Shown here: positions 44,701 through 58,700 of the stretch, in pieces
How positions within the stretch are numbered: the first letter of the stretch is position 1
How the letters are laid out: every line of letters begins with the position of its first letter
DNA from: Eledone cirrhosa
Taxonomy: Eukaryota
Length of the DNA: 64,000 bases
NCBI GenBank assembly: GCA_964016885.1
Contig: OZ024743.1
Coordinates: forward strand, 129,084,001-129,148,000
Reading direction: 5' to 3'
The notes under the pieces: model-generated
Databases searched by the model: none
Seen by the model: the letters and a program-made list of their open reading frames with translations, nothing else
Told to the model about the DNA's origin: nothing
Position numbers and translations under genes: made by a program

Positions 44701-47700
44701 CAAACACCAAGCACCAAACACCAAACACCAAGCACCAAGCACCAAACACCTAACACCAAGCACCAAACACCAACCACCAAACACCAAGCACCAAGCACCA
44801 AGCACCAAGCACCAAACACCAAGCACCAAACACCAAGCACCAAACACCTAACAACAAGCACCAAGCACCAAGTACCAAGCACCAAACACCAAGCACCAAA
44901 CACCAAACACCAAGAACCAAACACCAAACACCAAGCACCAATCACCAAACACCTAACACCAAGCACCAAACACCAACCACCAAACACCAAGCACCAAGCA
45001 CCAAGCACCAAACACCAAGCACCAAACACCAAGCACCAAGCACCAAGCACCAAGTACAAACACCAAACACCAAACACCAAGCACCAAGCACCAAGCATCA
45101 AACACCAAGCATATAACACCAAACACCAAGCACCAAGCACCAAACACCAAGCACCAAGCACCAAACACCAAGCACCAAAGACCAAACACCAAACAGCAAA
45201 CACCAAACACCATACAGCAAACACCAAACACCAAAAAGCAGACAGCAAACACCAAACACCAAACACCAAGCACCAAGAACCAAGCACCAAACACCAACCA
45301 CCAAACACCAAACATCAAGCACCAAGCACCAAGCACCAAGTACCAAACACCAAGAACCAAGAACCAAACACCAAGCACCAAGCACCAAGTACAAACACCA
45401 AGCACCAAGCACCAAGCACCAAACACCAAGAACCAAGCACCAAACACAAAACACCAAGCACCAAGCACCAAGCATCAAACACCAAGCACCAAACACAAAA
45501 CACCAAGCACCAAGCACCAAACACCAAACTCCAAGCACCAAGCACCAAACACCAAACACCAAGCACCAAGCACCAAGGACCAGGCACCAAACACCAAGCA
45601 CCAAGCACCAAACAACAATCGCCAAACACCAAACACCAAGAACCAAGAACCAAACACCAAGCACCAAGCACCAAGTACAAACACCAAGCACCAAGCACCA
45701 AACACCAAGCACCAAACACAAAACACCAAGCACCAAGCACCAAGCATCAAACACCAAACAGCAAACACCAACCACCAAGCACCAAGCACCAAGCACCAAA
45801 GACAAAGCAACCAGCACCAAACACCAACGACCAAGCACCAAGCACCAAGCACCAAAAACCAAACACGAAACACAAAACACCAAGCACCAAGCACCAAACA
45901 CAAAACTCCAAGCACCAAGCACCAAACACCAAACACCAAGCACCAAGCACCAAGCACCAGGAACCAAACACCAAGCACCAAGCACCAAACACCAAGCAAC
46001 AAGCACCAAACACCAAACACCAAACACCAAATAGCAAACAACATACAGCAAACACCAAACACCAAAAAGCAAACACCAAACACCAAACAGCAAACACCAA
46101 ACAACAAACACCAAACACCAAACACCAAACAGCAAACAGCAAACACCAAACACCAAGCACCAAGCACCAAACACCAAACACCAAACACCAAGCACCAGGC
46201 ACCAAACACCAAGCACCAAGCACCAAACACCAAGCACCTAGCACCAAACACTAAGCACCAAGCACCAAACACTAAACACCAAGCACCAAACGCCAAGCAC
46301 CAAGCACCAAACACCAAACACCAAGCACCAAACACCAAGCACCCAGCACCAAACACCAAGCACTAAACACCAACCACCCAGCACCAAGCACCAAACACCA
46401 AGCACCAAGCACCAAGCACCAAACACCAGGCACCTAGCACCAAACACCAAACACCAAGCACCAAACACCAAGCACCAATCACCAAGCATCAAACACCAAG
46501 CAGCCAGCAGCAAGCACCAAACACCAAACACCAAGCACCAAGCACCAAAAACCAAACACCAAGCACCAAGCACCAAACACCTAACACCAAGCACCAAGCA
46601 CCAAGTACCAAGCACCAAACACCAAGCACCAAGCACCAAACACCAAGCACCAAACACCAAACACCAAGCACCAAACACCTAACACCAAACACCAAGCACC
46701 AAACACCAAGCACCAAACACCAAACACCAAGCACCAAGCACCAAACACCAAACACCAAGCACCAAACACCAAGCACCAAACACCAAGCACCAAACACCAA
46801 GCACCAAGCACCAAGCACCAAGCACCAAACACTAAGCACCAAACACCAAGCACCAAGCACCAAACACCAAGCACCAAGCACCAAACACCAAGAACCAAGC
46901 ACCAAGCACCAACTACAAACACCAAGCACCAAGCACCAAACACCAAGAACCAAGCACCAAGCATCAAGCACCAAGCACCAAACACCAAGCACCAAGCACC
47001 AAGCATCAAACACCAAGCATATAACACCAAACACCAAGCACCAAACACCTAACACCAAGCACCAAACACCAAGCACCAAACACCAAGCACCAAGCACCAA
47101 GCACCAAACACCAAGCACCAATCACCAAGCACCAAACACCAAGCACCAAGCACCAAACACCAAGCACCAAGCACCAAACACCAAGAACCAAGCACCAAGC
47201 ACCAAGTACAAACACCAAGCACCAAGCACCAAACACCAAGCACCTAGCACCAAACACCAAACACCAAGCACCAAACACCAAGCCCCAATCACCAAACACC
47301 AAGCACCAAGCACCAAAAACCAGACACCAAGCACCAAGCACCAAACACCTAACACCAAGCACCAAGCACCAAGTACCAAGCACCAAACACCAAGCACCAA
47401 ACACCAAACACCAAGCACCAAACACCAAACACCAAGCACCAAGCACCAAACACCTAACACCAAGCACCAAGCACCAACCACCAAACACCAAGCACCAAGC
47501 ACCAAGCACCAAGCACCAATCACCAAACACCAAGCACCAAACACCAAGCACCAAACACCAAGCACCAAGCACCAAACACCAAGCACCAAGCACCAAACAC
47601 CAAGAACCAAGCACCAAGCATCAATCACCAAGTACCAAACACCAAGCACCAAGCACCAAGCATCAAACACCAAGCATATAACACCAAACACCAAACACCA

Positions 47701-48833
47701 AGCACCAATCACCAAACACCAAACACCAAGCACCAAGCACCCAGCACCAAACACCAAGCATCAAGCACCAAACACCAAGCACCAAGCACCAAGCAAAAAG
47801 CACCAAACACCAAGCATCAAGCACCAAACACCTAACACCAAGCACCAAACACGAACCACCAAACACCAAGCACCAAGCACCAAGCACCAAGCACCAAGCA
47901 CCAAACACCAAGCACCAAACACCAAGCACCAAGCACCAAGCACCAAACACCTAACACCAAGCACCAAGCACCAAGTACCAAGCACCAAACACCAAGCACC
48001 AAACACCAAACACCAAGCACCAAACACCTAACACCAAGCACCAAGCACCAAGTACAAACACCAAGCACCAAAGACCAAACACCAAGCACCAAGCACCAAG
48101 CATCAAACACCAAACACCAAACACCAAGCACCAAGCACCAAGCACCAAACACCAAGCACCAAACACCAAACACCAAGCACCAAGCACCAAACACCGAACA
48201 CCAAACACCAAGCACCAAGCACCAAACACCGAACACCAAACACCAAGCACCAAACACCAAACACCAAGCACCAGACACCAAGCACAAAACAAAAAACACC
48301 AAACACCAAGCACCAAACACCAAACACCAAGCACCAAGCACCAAGCACCAAGCACCAAGCACCAAAGACCAAACACCAAACAACAAACACCAAACACGAA
48401 ACAGCAAACACCATAGAGCAAACACTAAACACCAAAAAGCAGACACCAAACAGCAAACACCAAACACCAAACACCAAACACCAAACAGCAAACAGCAAAC
48501 ACCAAGCACCAAACACCAAGCACCAAGCACTAAACACCTAACACCAAGCACCAAGCACCAAGCACCAAACACCAAGCACCAAACACCAAACACCAAGCAC
48601 CAAGCACCAAGCACCAAGTACAAACACCAAGCACCAAGCACCAAGCACCAAACACAAAACACCAAGCACCAAGCACCAATCACCAAGCACCAAACACCAA
48701 GCAGCCAGCAGCAATCACCAAACACCAAACACAAAGCACCCAGCACCAAACACCAAGGACCAAGCACCAAGCACCAAGCACCAAAAACCAAACACCAAAC
48801 CCAAAACAACAAGCACCAAGCACCAAACACCAA
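36470..48833 (+). repeat. Tandem duplication of about 6.2 kb (~36470-42626 and ~42656-48833)
   Basis: Offset is 6186 (36654/42840, 37347/43533, 38564/44750) and then 6207 (39540/45747, 40282/46489, 41456/47663, 41896/48103). Confidence 0.92.
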
Positions 48834-51800
48834 ACACCAAGCACCAAGCACCAAGCACCAGGCACCAAACACCAAGCACCAAGCACAAAACACCAAGCAA
48901 CAAGCACCAAACACCAAATACCAAACACCAAACACCAAGAACCAAGAACCAAACACCAAGCACCAAGCATCAAACACCAAACACCAAACACCAAACACCA
49001 AGCACCAAGCACCAGGCACCAAACACCAAGCACCAAGCACCAAACACCAACCACCAAGCACCAAACACCAAACACCAAACACCAAACAGCAAACAACATA
49101 CAGCAAACACCAAACACCAAAAAGCAGACACGAAACAGCAAACACGAAACACCAAACAGCAAACACCAAACAACAAACACCAAACAACAAACACCAAACA
49201 GCAAACAGCAAACACCAAACACCAAGCACCAAACACCAAGCACCAAGCACCAAACACCAAGCACCAAACACCAAACCCCAAGCACCTAGCACCAAACACT
49301 AAGCACCAAGCACTAAACACCAAGCACCAAGCACCAAACACCAAGCACCAAGCACCAAACACCAAACACCAAGCACCAAAGACCAAGCACCAAGCACCAA
49401 ACACCAAGCACCCAGCACCAAACACCAAGCACCAAACACCAACCAACCAGCACCAAGCACCAAACACCAAGCACCAAGCACCAAACACCAAGCACCAAGC
49501 ATCAAACACCAAGCACCCAGCAACAAACACCAAGGACCAAGCACCAAGCACCAAGCACCAGGCACCAAACACCAAGCACCAAGCACCAAACACCAAGCAC
49601 CAAGCACCAAACACAAAACACCAAGCACCAAGCACCAAGCATCAAACACCAAGCAGCAAACACCAAACACCAAGCACCAAGCACCAAACACAAAGCACCC
49701 AGCACCAAACACCAAGGACCAAGCACCAAAAACCAAACACCAAACACAAAACACCAAGCACCAAGCACCAAGCACCAAACACCAAACACCAAGCACCAAG
49801 CACCAAACACCAAACACCAAACACCAAACAGCAAACAGCAAACAACATACAGCAAACACCAAACACCAAAAAGCAGACACGAAACAGCAAACACCAAACA
49901 CCAAACAGAAAACACCAAACAACAAACACCAAACAACAAACACCAAACAGCAAACAGCAAACACCAAACACCAAACACCAAGCACCAAGCACCAAACACC
50001 AAACACCAAGCACCAAGCACCAAACACCAAGCACCAAGCACCAAACACCAAACACCAAATACCAAGCACCAAGCACCGAACACCAAGCACCAAAGACTAA
50101 AGACCAAACAGGAAACACCAAACACCAAACACCAAACACCAAACAGCAAACAATAAACACGAAACAGCAAACACCATACAACAAACACCAAACACCAAAA
50201 AGCAGACACCAAACAGCAAACAGCAAACAACAAACACCAAACAGCAAACACCAAACACCAAGCACCAAACACCAAGCACCAAGCACCAAACACCAAGCAC
50301 CAAGCACCAAACACCAAACACCTAACACCAAGCACCAAGCACCAAGTACCAAGCACCAAACACCAAGCACCAAACACCAAACACCAAGCACCAAACACCT
50401 AACACCAAGCACCAAGCACCAAGTACAAACACCAAGCACCAAAGACCAAACACCAAGCACCAAGCACCAAGCATCAAACACCAAACACCAAACACCAAGC
50501 ACCAAGCACCAAGCACCAAACACCAAGCACCAAACACCAAACACCAAGCACCAAGCAACAAACACCGAACACCAAACACCAAGCACCAAGCACCAAACAC
50601 CGAACACCAAACACCAAGCACCAAACACCAAACACCAAGCACCAGACACCAAGCACAAAACAAAAAACACCAAACACCAAGCACCAAACACCAAACACCA
50701 AGCACCAAGCACCAAGCACCAAGCACCAAGCACCAAAGACCAAACACCAAACAACAAACACCAAACACGAAACAGCAAACACCATAGAGCAAACACTAAA
50801 CACCAAAAAGCAGACACCAAACAGCAAACACCAAACACCAAACACCAAACACCAAACAGCAAACAGCAAACACCAAGCACCAAACACCAAGCACCAAGCA
50901 CTAAACACCTAACACCAAGCACCAAGCACCAAGCACCAAACACCAAGCACCAAACACCAAACACCAAGCACCAAGCACCAAGCACCAAGTACAAACACCA
51001 AGCACCAAGCACCAAGCACCAAACACAAAACACCAAGCACCAAGCACCAATCACCAAGCACCAAACACCAAGCAGCCAGCAGCAATCACCAAACACCAAA
51101 CACAAAGCACCCAGCACCAAACACCAAGGACCAAGCACCAAGCACCAAGCACCAAAAACCAAACACCAAACCCAAAACAACAAGCACCAAGCACCAAACA
51201 CCAAACACCAAGCACCAAGCACCAAGCACCAGGCACCAAACACCAAGCACCAAGCACAAAACACCAAGCAACAAGCACCAAACACCAAATACCAAACACC
51301 AAACACCAAGAACCAAGAACCAAACACCAAGCACCAAAACCAAACACCAAACACAAAACACCAAGCACCAAGCACCAAGCACCAAACACCAAACACCAAA
51401 CACCAAGCACCAAGCACCAGGCACCAAACACCAAGCACCAAGCACCAAACACCAACCACCAAGCACCAAACACCAAACACCAAACACCAAACAGCAAACA
51501 ACATACAGCAAACACCAAACACCAAAAAGCAGACACGAAACAGCAAACACGAAACACCAAACAGCAAACACCAAACAACAAACAGCAAACAACAAACACC
51601 AAACAGCAAACAGCAAACACCAAACACCAAGCACCAAACACCAAGCACCAAGCACCAAACACCAAGCACCAAACACCAAACCCCAAGCACCTAGCACCAA
51701 ACACTAAGCACCAAGCACTAAACACCAAGCACCAAGCACCAAACACCAAGCACCAAGCACCAAACACCAAACACCAAGCACCAAAGACCAAGCACCAAGC

Positions 51801-52730
51801 ACCAAACACCAAGCACCCAGCACCAAACACCAAGCACCAAACACCAACCAACCAGCACCAAGCACCAAACACCAAGCACCAAGCACCAAACACCAAGCAC
51901 CAAGCATCAAACACCAAGCACCCAGCACCAAACACCAAGGACCAAGCACCAAGCACCAAGCACCAGGCACCAAACACCAAGCACCAAGCACCAAACACCA
52001 AGCACCAAGCACCAAACACAAAACACCAAGCACCAAGCACCAAGCATCAAACACCAAGCAGCAAACACCAAACACCAAGCACCAAGCACCAAACACAAAG
52101 CACCCAGCACCAAACACCAAGGACCAAGCACCAAAAACCAAACACCAAACACAAAACACCAAGCACCAAGCACCAAGCACCAAACACCAAACACCAAGCA
52201 CCAAGCACCAAACACCAAACACCAAACACCAAACAGCAAACAGCAAACAACATACAGCAAACACCAAACACCAAACACCAAAAAGCAGACACGAAACAGC
52301 AAACACCAAACACCAAACAGAAAACACCAAACAACAAACACCAAACAACAAACACCAAACAGCAAACAGCAAACACCAAACACCAAACACCAAGCACCAA
52401 GCACCAAACACCAAACACCAAGCACCAAGCACCAAACACCAAGCACCAAGCACCAAACACCAAACACCAAATACCAAGCACCAAGCACCGAACACCAAGC
52501 ACCAAAGACTAAAGACCAAACAGGAAACACCAAACACCAAACACCAAACACCAAACAGCAAACAATAAACACGAAACAGCAAACACCATACAGCAAACAC
52601 CAAACACCAAAAAGCAGACACCAAACAGCAAACAGCAAACACCAAACACCAAACAGCAAACACCAAACACCAAGCACCAAACACCAAGCACCAAGCACCA
52701 AACACCAAGCACCAAGCACCAAACACCAAA
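47941..52730 (+). repeat. Tandem duplication of about 2.4 kb (~47941-50311 and ~50312-52730)
   Basis: Offsets are 2371 (47951/50322, 48103/50474, 48680/51051), 2405 (49313/51718) and 2412 (50097/52509). Confidence 0.9.
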
Positions 52731-55700
52731 CCCCAAGCACCAAGCACCAAACACTAATCACCAAGCACCAAGCACCAAACACCAAGCACCTAGCACCAAA
52801 CACCAAACACCAAGCACCAAACACCAAGCACCAAGCAACAAGCACCAAACACCAAGCACCAAGCACCAAACGCCAACCACACAGCACCAAGCACCAAGCA
52901 CCAAACACCAAGCACCAAACACCAAGCACCAAGCACCAAACACCAAACACGAAGCACCAAGCACCAAATACAAAGCCCCAAGTACCAAGCACCAAACACC
53001 AAACACCAAGCACCAAGCACCTAGCACCAAACACCAAGCACCAAGCACCAAACACCAAGCACCAATCACCAAGCACCAAACACCAAGCAGCAAGCAGCAA
53101 GCACCAAACACCAAACACCAAACACCAAGCACCAAGCACCAAGCACCAAACACCAAACACCAAGCACCAAGCAACAAACACCATGCACCAGGCACCAAGC
53201 ACCAAACACCAAGCACCAAGCACCAAACACCAAGCACCAGGCATGAAGCACCAAACACCTAACACCAAGCACCAAGCACCAAGCACCAAACACCAAGCAC
53301 CAAACACCAAACACCAAGCACCAAGCACCAAGCACCAAACACCAAGCACCAAGCACCAAACACCAAGCACCAAACACCAAGTACAAACACCAAGCACCAA
53401 GCACCAAACACCAAGCACCAAGCACCAAGCATCAAGCACCAAGCATCAAACACCAAACACCAAGAACCAAGCACCAAACACCAAACACCAAGCATCAAAC
53501 ACCAAACACAAAACACCAAGCACCAAGCACCAAGCACCAAGCACCAAGCACGCAGCACCAAACAGCAAACACCAAGCACCAATCACCAAACAACAAGCAC
53601 CAGGCACCAAGCACCAAACACCAAACACCAAGCACCAAGCACCAAACACCAAGCACGAAGCACCAAGCACCAAACACCAAGCCCCAAGTACCAAGCACCA
53701 AACACCAAACACCAAGCACCAAGCATGAAGCACCTAGCACCAAACACCAAGCACCAAGCACCAAACACCAAGCACCAAACACCAAACAGCAAACACCAAA
53801 CACCAAACAGCAAACACCAAACATGAAACAGCAAACACCATAGAGCAAACAACAAGCACCAAACACCAAGTACCAAGTACCAAACACCAAGCACCAAGCA
53901 CTAAACACCAAGCACCAAGCACCAAGCATCAAGCAGCAAGCATCAAACACCAAACACCAAGCACCAAGCACCAAACACCAAACACCAAACACCAATCATC
54001 AAACACCAAACACCAAGCACCAAGCACCAAGCACCAAGCACCAAGCACGCAGCACCAAACACCAAGCCCCAAGCACCAAACAGCAAACACCAAGCACCAA
54101 GCACCAATCACCAAACAACAAGCACCAAGCACCAAACACCAAGCACCAAGCACCAAACACCAAACACCAAGCACCAAGCACCAATCACCAAAGACTAAAC
54201 ACCAAACAGGAAACACCAAACACCAAACACCAAACACCAAACAGCAAACAATAAACACGAAACAGCAAACACGATACAGCAAACACCAAACACCAAAAAG
54301 CAGACACCAAACAGCAAACAGCAAACAGCAAACACCAAACACCAAACAGTAAAAACCAAACACCAAGCACCAAACAACAAGCACCAAGCACCAAACACCA
54401 AACCCCAAGCACCAAGCACCAAACACTAATCACCAAGCACCAAACACCAAGCACCAAGCACCAAACACCAAACACCAAGCACCAAAGACCAAGCACCAAG
54501 CGCCAAGCACCAAACACCAAGCACCAAGCACCAAGCACCAAACACCAAGCACCAAGCACCAAACACCAACCACCCAGCACCAAGCACCAAGCACCAAACA
54601 CCAAGCACCAAACACCAAACACCAAGCACCAAGCACCAAACACCAAGCACCAAGCACCAAGCACCAAACACCAAGCGCCAAGTACCAAGCACCAAACACC
54701 AAGCACCAAACACCAAGCACCAAGCACCAAACATCAAGCACCAAGCACCAAACACCAAGCACCAATCACCAAACACCTAACACCTAACACCAAGCACCAA
54801 GCACCAAGCACCAAACACCAAGCACCAAACACCAAACACCAAGCATCAAGCACCAAACACCATGCACCAGGCACCAAGCACCAAACACCAAGCACCAAGC
54901 ACCAAACACAAAGCACCAAGCATGAAGCACCAAATACCAAACACCAAGCACCAAGCACCAAGCACCAAACACCAAGCACCAAACACCAAACACCAAGCAC
55001 TAAGCACCAAACACCAAGCACCAAACACCAAGAATCAAGCACAAAACACCATGCACCAAGCACCAAGTACAAACACCAAGCATCAAGCACCATGCACCAA
55101 ACACCAAGCACCAAGCACCAAATACCAAGCACCAAGCACCAAGCACCAAACACCAAACAGGAAACACCAAGCACCAATCACCAAACAACAAGCACCAGGC
55201 ACCAAGCACCAAACACCAAGCACCAAGCACCAAACACCAAGCACCAAAGACCAAGCACCAAAGACCAAACACCAAACAGCAAACACCAAACACCAAACAG
55301 CAAACACCAAGCATCAAACACCTAACACCTAACACCAAGCACCAAGCACCAAGCACCAAACACCAACCACCAAACACCAAACACCAAGCATCAAGCACCA
55401 AACACCATGCACCAGGCACCAAGCACCAAACACCAAGCACCAAGCACCAAACACCAAGCACCAAGCATGAAGCACCAAACACCAAACACCAAGCACCAAG
55501 CACCAAACACCAAGCACCAGGCATGAAGCACCAAACACCTAACACCAAGCACCAAGCACCAAGCACCAAACACCAAGCACCAAACACCAAACACCAAGCA
55601 CCAAGCACCAAACACCAAGCACCAAGCACCAAACACCAAGCACCAAACACCAAGTACAAACACCAAGCACCAAGCACCAAACACCAAGCACCAAGCACCA

Positions 55701-58700
55701 AGCATCAAGCACCAAGCATCAAACACCAAACACCAAGCATCAAGCACCAAACACCAAACACCAAGCATCAAACACCAAACACAAAACACCAAGCACCAAG
55801 CACCAAGCACCAAGCACCAAGCACGCAGCACCAAACACCAAGCCCCAAGCACCAAACAGCAAACACCAAGCACCAAGCACCAATCACCAAACAACAAGCA
55901 CCAAGCACCAAACACCAAGCACCAAACACCAAACAGCAAACACCAAACACCAAACAGCAAACACCAAACATGAAACAGCAAACACCATAGAGCAAACAAC
56001 AAACACCAAAAAGCAGACACCAAACAGCAAACAGCAAACACCAAACACCAAACAGCAAACAGCAAACACCAAGCACCAAACACCAAGTACCAAGCACCAA
56101 ACACCAAGCACCAAGCACCAAACACCAAGCACCAAGCACCAAGCATCAAGCAGCAAGCATCAAACACCAAACACCAAGCACCAAGCACGAAACACCAAAC
56201 ACCAAACACCAAGCACCAAGCACCAAGCACCAAGCACCAAGCATCAAGCCCCATGCACCAAACACCAAGCACCAAGCACCAAACACCAAGCACCAAGCAC
56301 CAAGCACCAAACACAAAACAGCAAACTCCAAACACCAAACACCAAACAGGAAACACCAAGCACCAATCACCAAACAACAAGCACCAGGCACCAAGCACCA
56401 AACACCAAGCACCAAGCACCAAACACCAAGCACCAAAGACCAAGCACCAAAGACCAAACACCAAACAGCAAACACCAAACACCAAACAGCAAACACCAAG
56501 CATCAAACACCAAGCACCAAGCACCAAACACCAAGCACCAAGCACCAAACACCAAACCCCAAGCACCAAGCACCAAGCACCAAACACCAAGCACCAAACA
56601 CCAAACACCAAGCACTAAGCAGCAAACACCAAGCACCAAACACCAAGAATCAAGCACAAAACACCAAGCACCAAGCACCAAGTACAAACACCAACCATCG
56701 AGCACCAAGCACCAAACACCAAGCACCAAGCACCAAACACCAAGCACCAAGCACCAAGCACCAAACACCAAACAGCAAACACCAAACACCAAACACCAAG
56801 CACCAAGCACCAAGCATCAAACACCAAGCATCAAACACCAAACACCAAGCACCCAGCACCTAACACCAAACAGCAAACACCAAACACCAAACACCAAACA
56901 GCAAACACCAAGCACCAATCACCAAACAACAAGCACCAGGCACCAAGCACCAAACACCAAGCACCAAGCACCAAACACCAAGCACCAAGCACCAAACACC
57001 AAGCACCAAGCACCAAGCACCAAACACCAAACAGCAAACACCAAACACCAAACACCAAACAGCAAACTCCAAGCACCAATCACCAAACAACAAGCACCAG
57101 TCACCAAGCACCAAACACCAAACACCAAGCACCAAGCACCAAACACCAAGCACCAAAGACCAAGCACCAAAGACCAAACACCAAACAGCAAACACCAAAC
57201 ACCAAACAGTAAACACCAAACATGAAACAGCAAACACCATAGAGCAAACACCAAACACCAAAAAGCAGACACCAAACAGCAAACACCAAACAGCAAACAC
57301 CAAAAACAGCAAACAGCAAACAGCAAACACCAAGCACCAAACACCAAGTACCAATCACCAAACACCAAGCACCAAGCACCAAACACCAAACCCCAAGCAC
57401 CAAGCACCAAACACTAATCACAATGCACCAAGCACCAAGCACCAAACACCAAGCACCAAGCACCAAGCACTACACACCAAACACCAAAGACCAAGCACCA
57501 AGCACCAAGCACCAAACACCAAGCACCAAGCACTGAACACCAAACCCCAAGCACCAAACACCAAGCACCAAGCACCAAGCACCAAACACCAAACACCAAG
57601 CACCAAAGACCAAGCACCAAGCACCAAACACCAAGCACCCAGCACCAAACACCAAGCACCAAACACCAACCACCCAGCACCAAGCACCAAACACCAAGCA
57701 CCAAGCACCAAACACCAAACACCAAGCACCAATCATCACCAAACCCCAAGCACCAAGCACCTAGCACCAAACACCAAACACCAAGCACCAAACACCAAGC
57801 ACCAATCACCAAGCACCAAACACCAAGCAGTCAGCAGCAAGCACCAAACACCAAACACCAAAGACTAAACACCAAACAGGAAACACCAAACACCAAACAA
57901 CAAACACCAAACAGCAAACAATAAACACGAAACAGCAAACACGATACAGCAAACACCAAACACCAAAAAGCAGACACCAAACAGCAAACAGCAAACACCA
58001 AACACCAAACAGCAAAAACCAAACACCAAGCACCAAACACCAAGCACCAAGCACCAAACACCAAGCACCAAGCACCAAACACCAAACCCCAAGCACCAAG
58101 CACCAAACACTAATCACCAAGCACCAAACACCAAGCACCAAGCACCAAACACCAAACACCAAGCACCAAAGACCAAGCGCCAAGCACCAAACACCAAGCA
58201 CCAAGCATCAAGCAGCAAGCATCAAACACCAAACACCAAGCACCAAGCACCAAACACCAAACACCAAACACCAATCATCAAACACCAAACACCAAGCACC
58301 AAGCACCAAGCACCAAGCACGCAGCACCAAACACCAAGCCCCAAGCACCAAACACCAAACACCAAGCACCAAGCACCAAGCACCAAACACCAAACACCAA
58401 AGACTAAACACCAAACAGGAAACACCAAACACCAAACAACAAACACCAAACAGCAAACAATAAACACGAAACAGCAAACACGATACAGCAAACACCAAAC
58501 ACCAAAAAGCAGACACCAAACAGCAAACAGCAAACACCAAACACCAAACAGCAAAAACCAAACACCAAGCACCAAACACCAAGCACCAAGCACCAAACAC
58601 CAAGCACCAAGCACCAAACACCAAACCCCAAGCACCAAGCACCAAACACTAATCACCAAGCACCAAACACCAAGCACCAAGCACCAAACACCAAACACCA

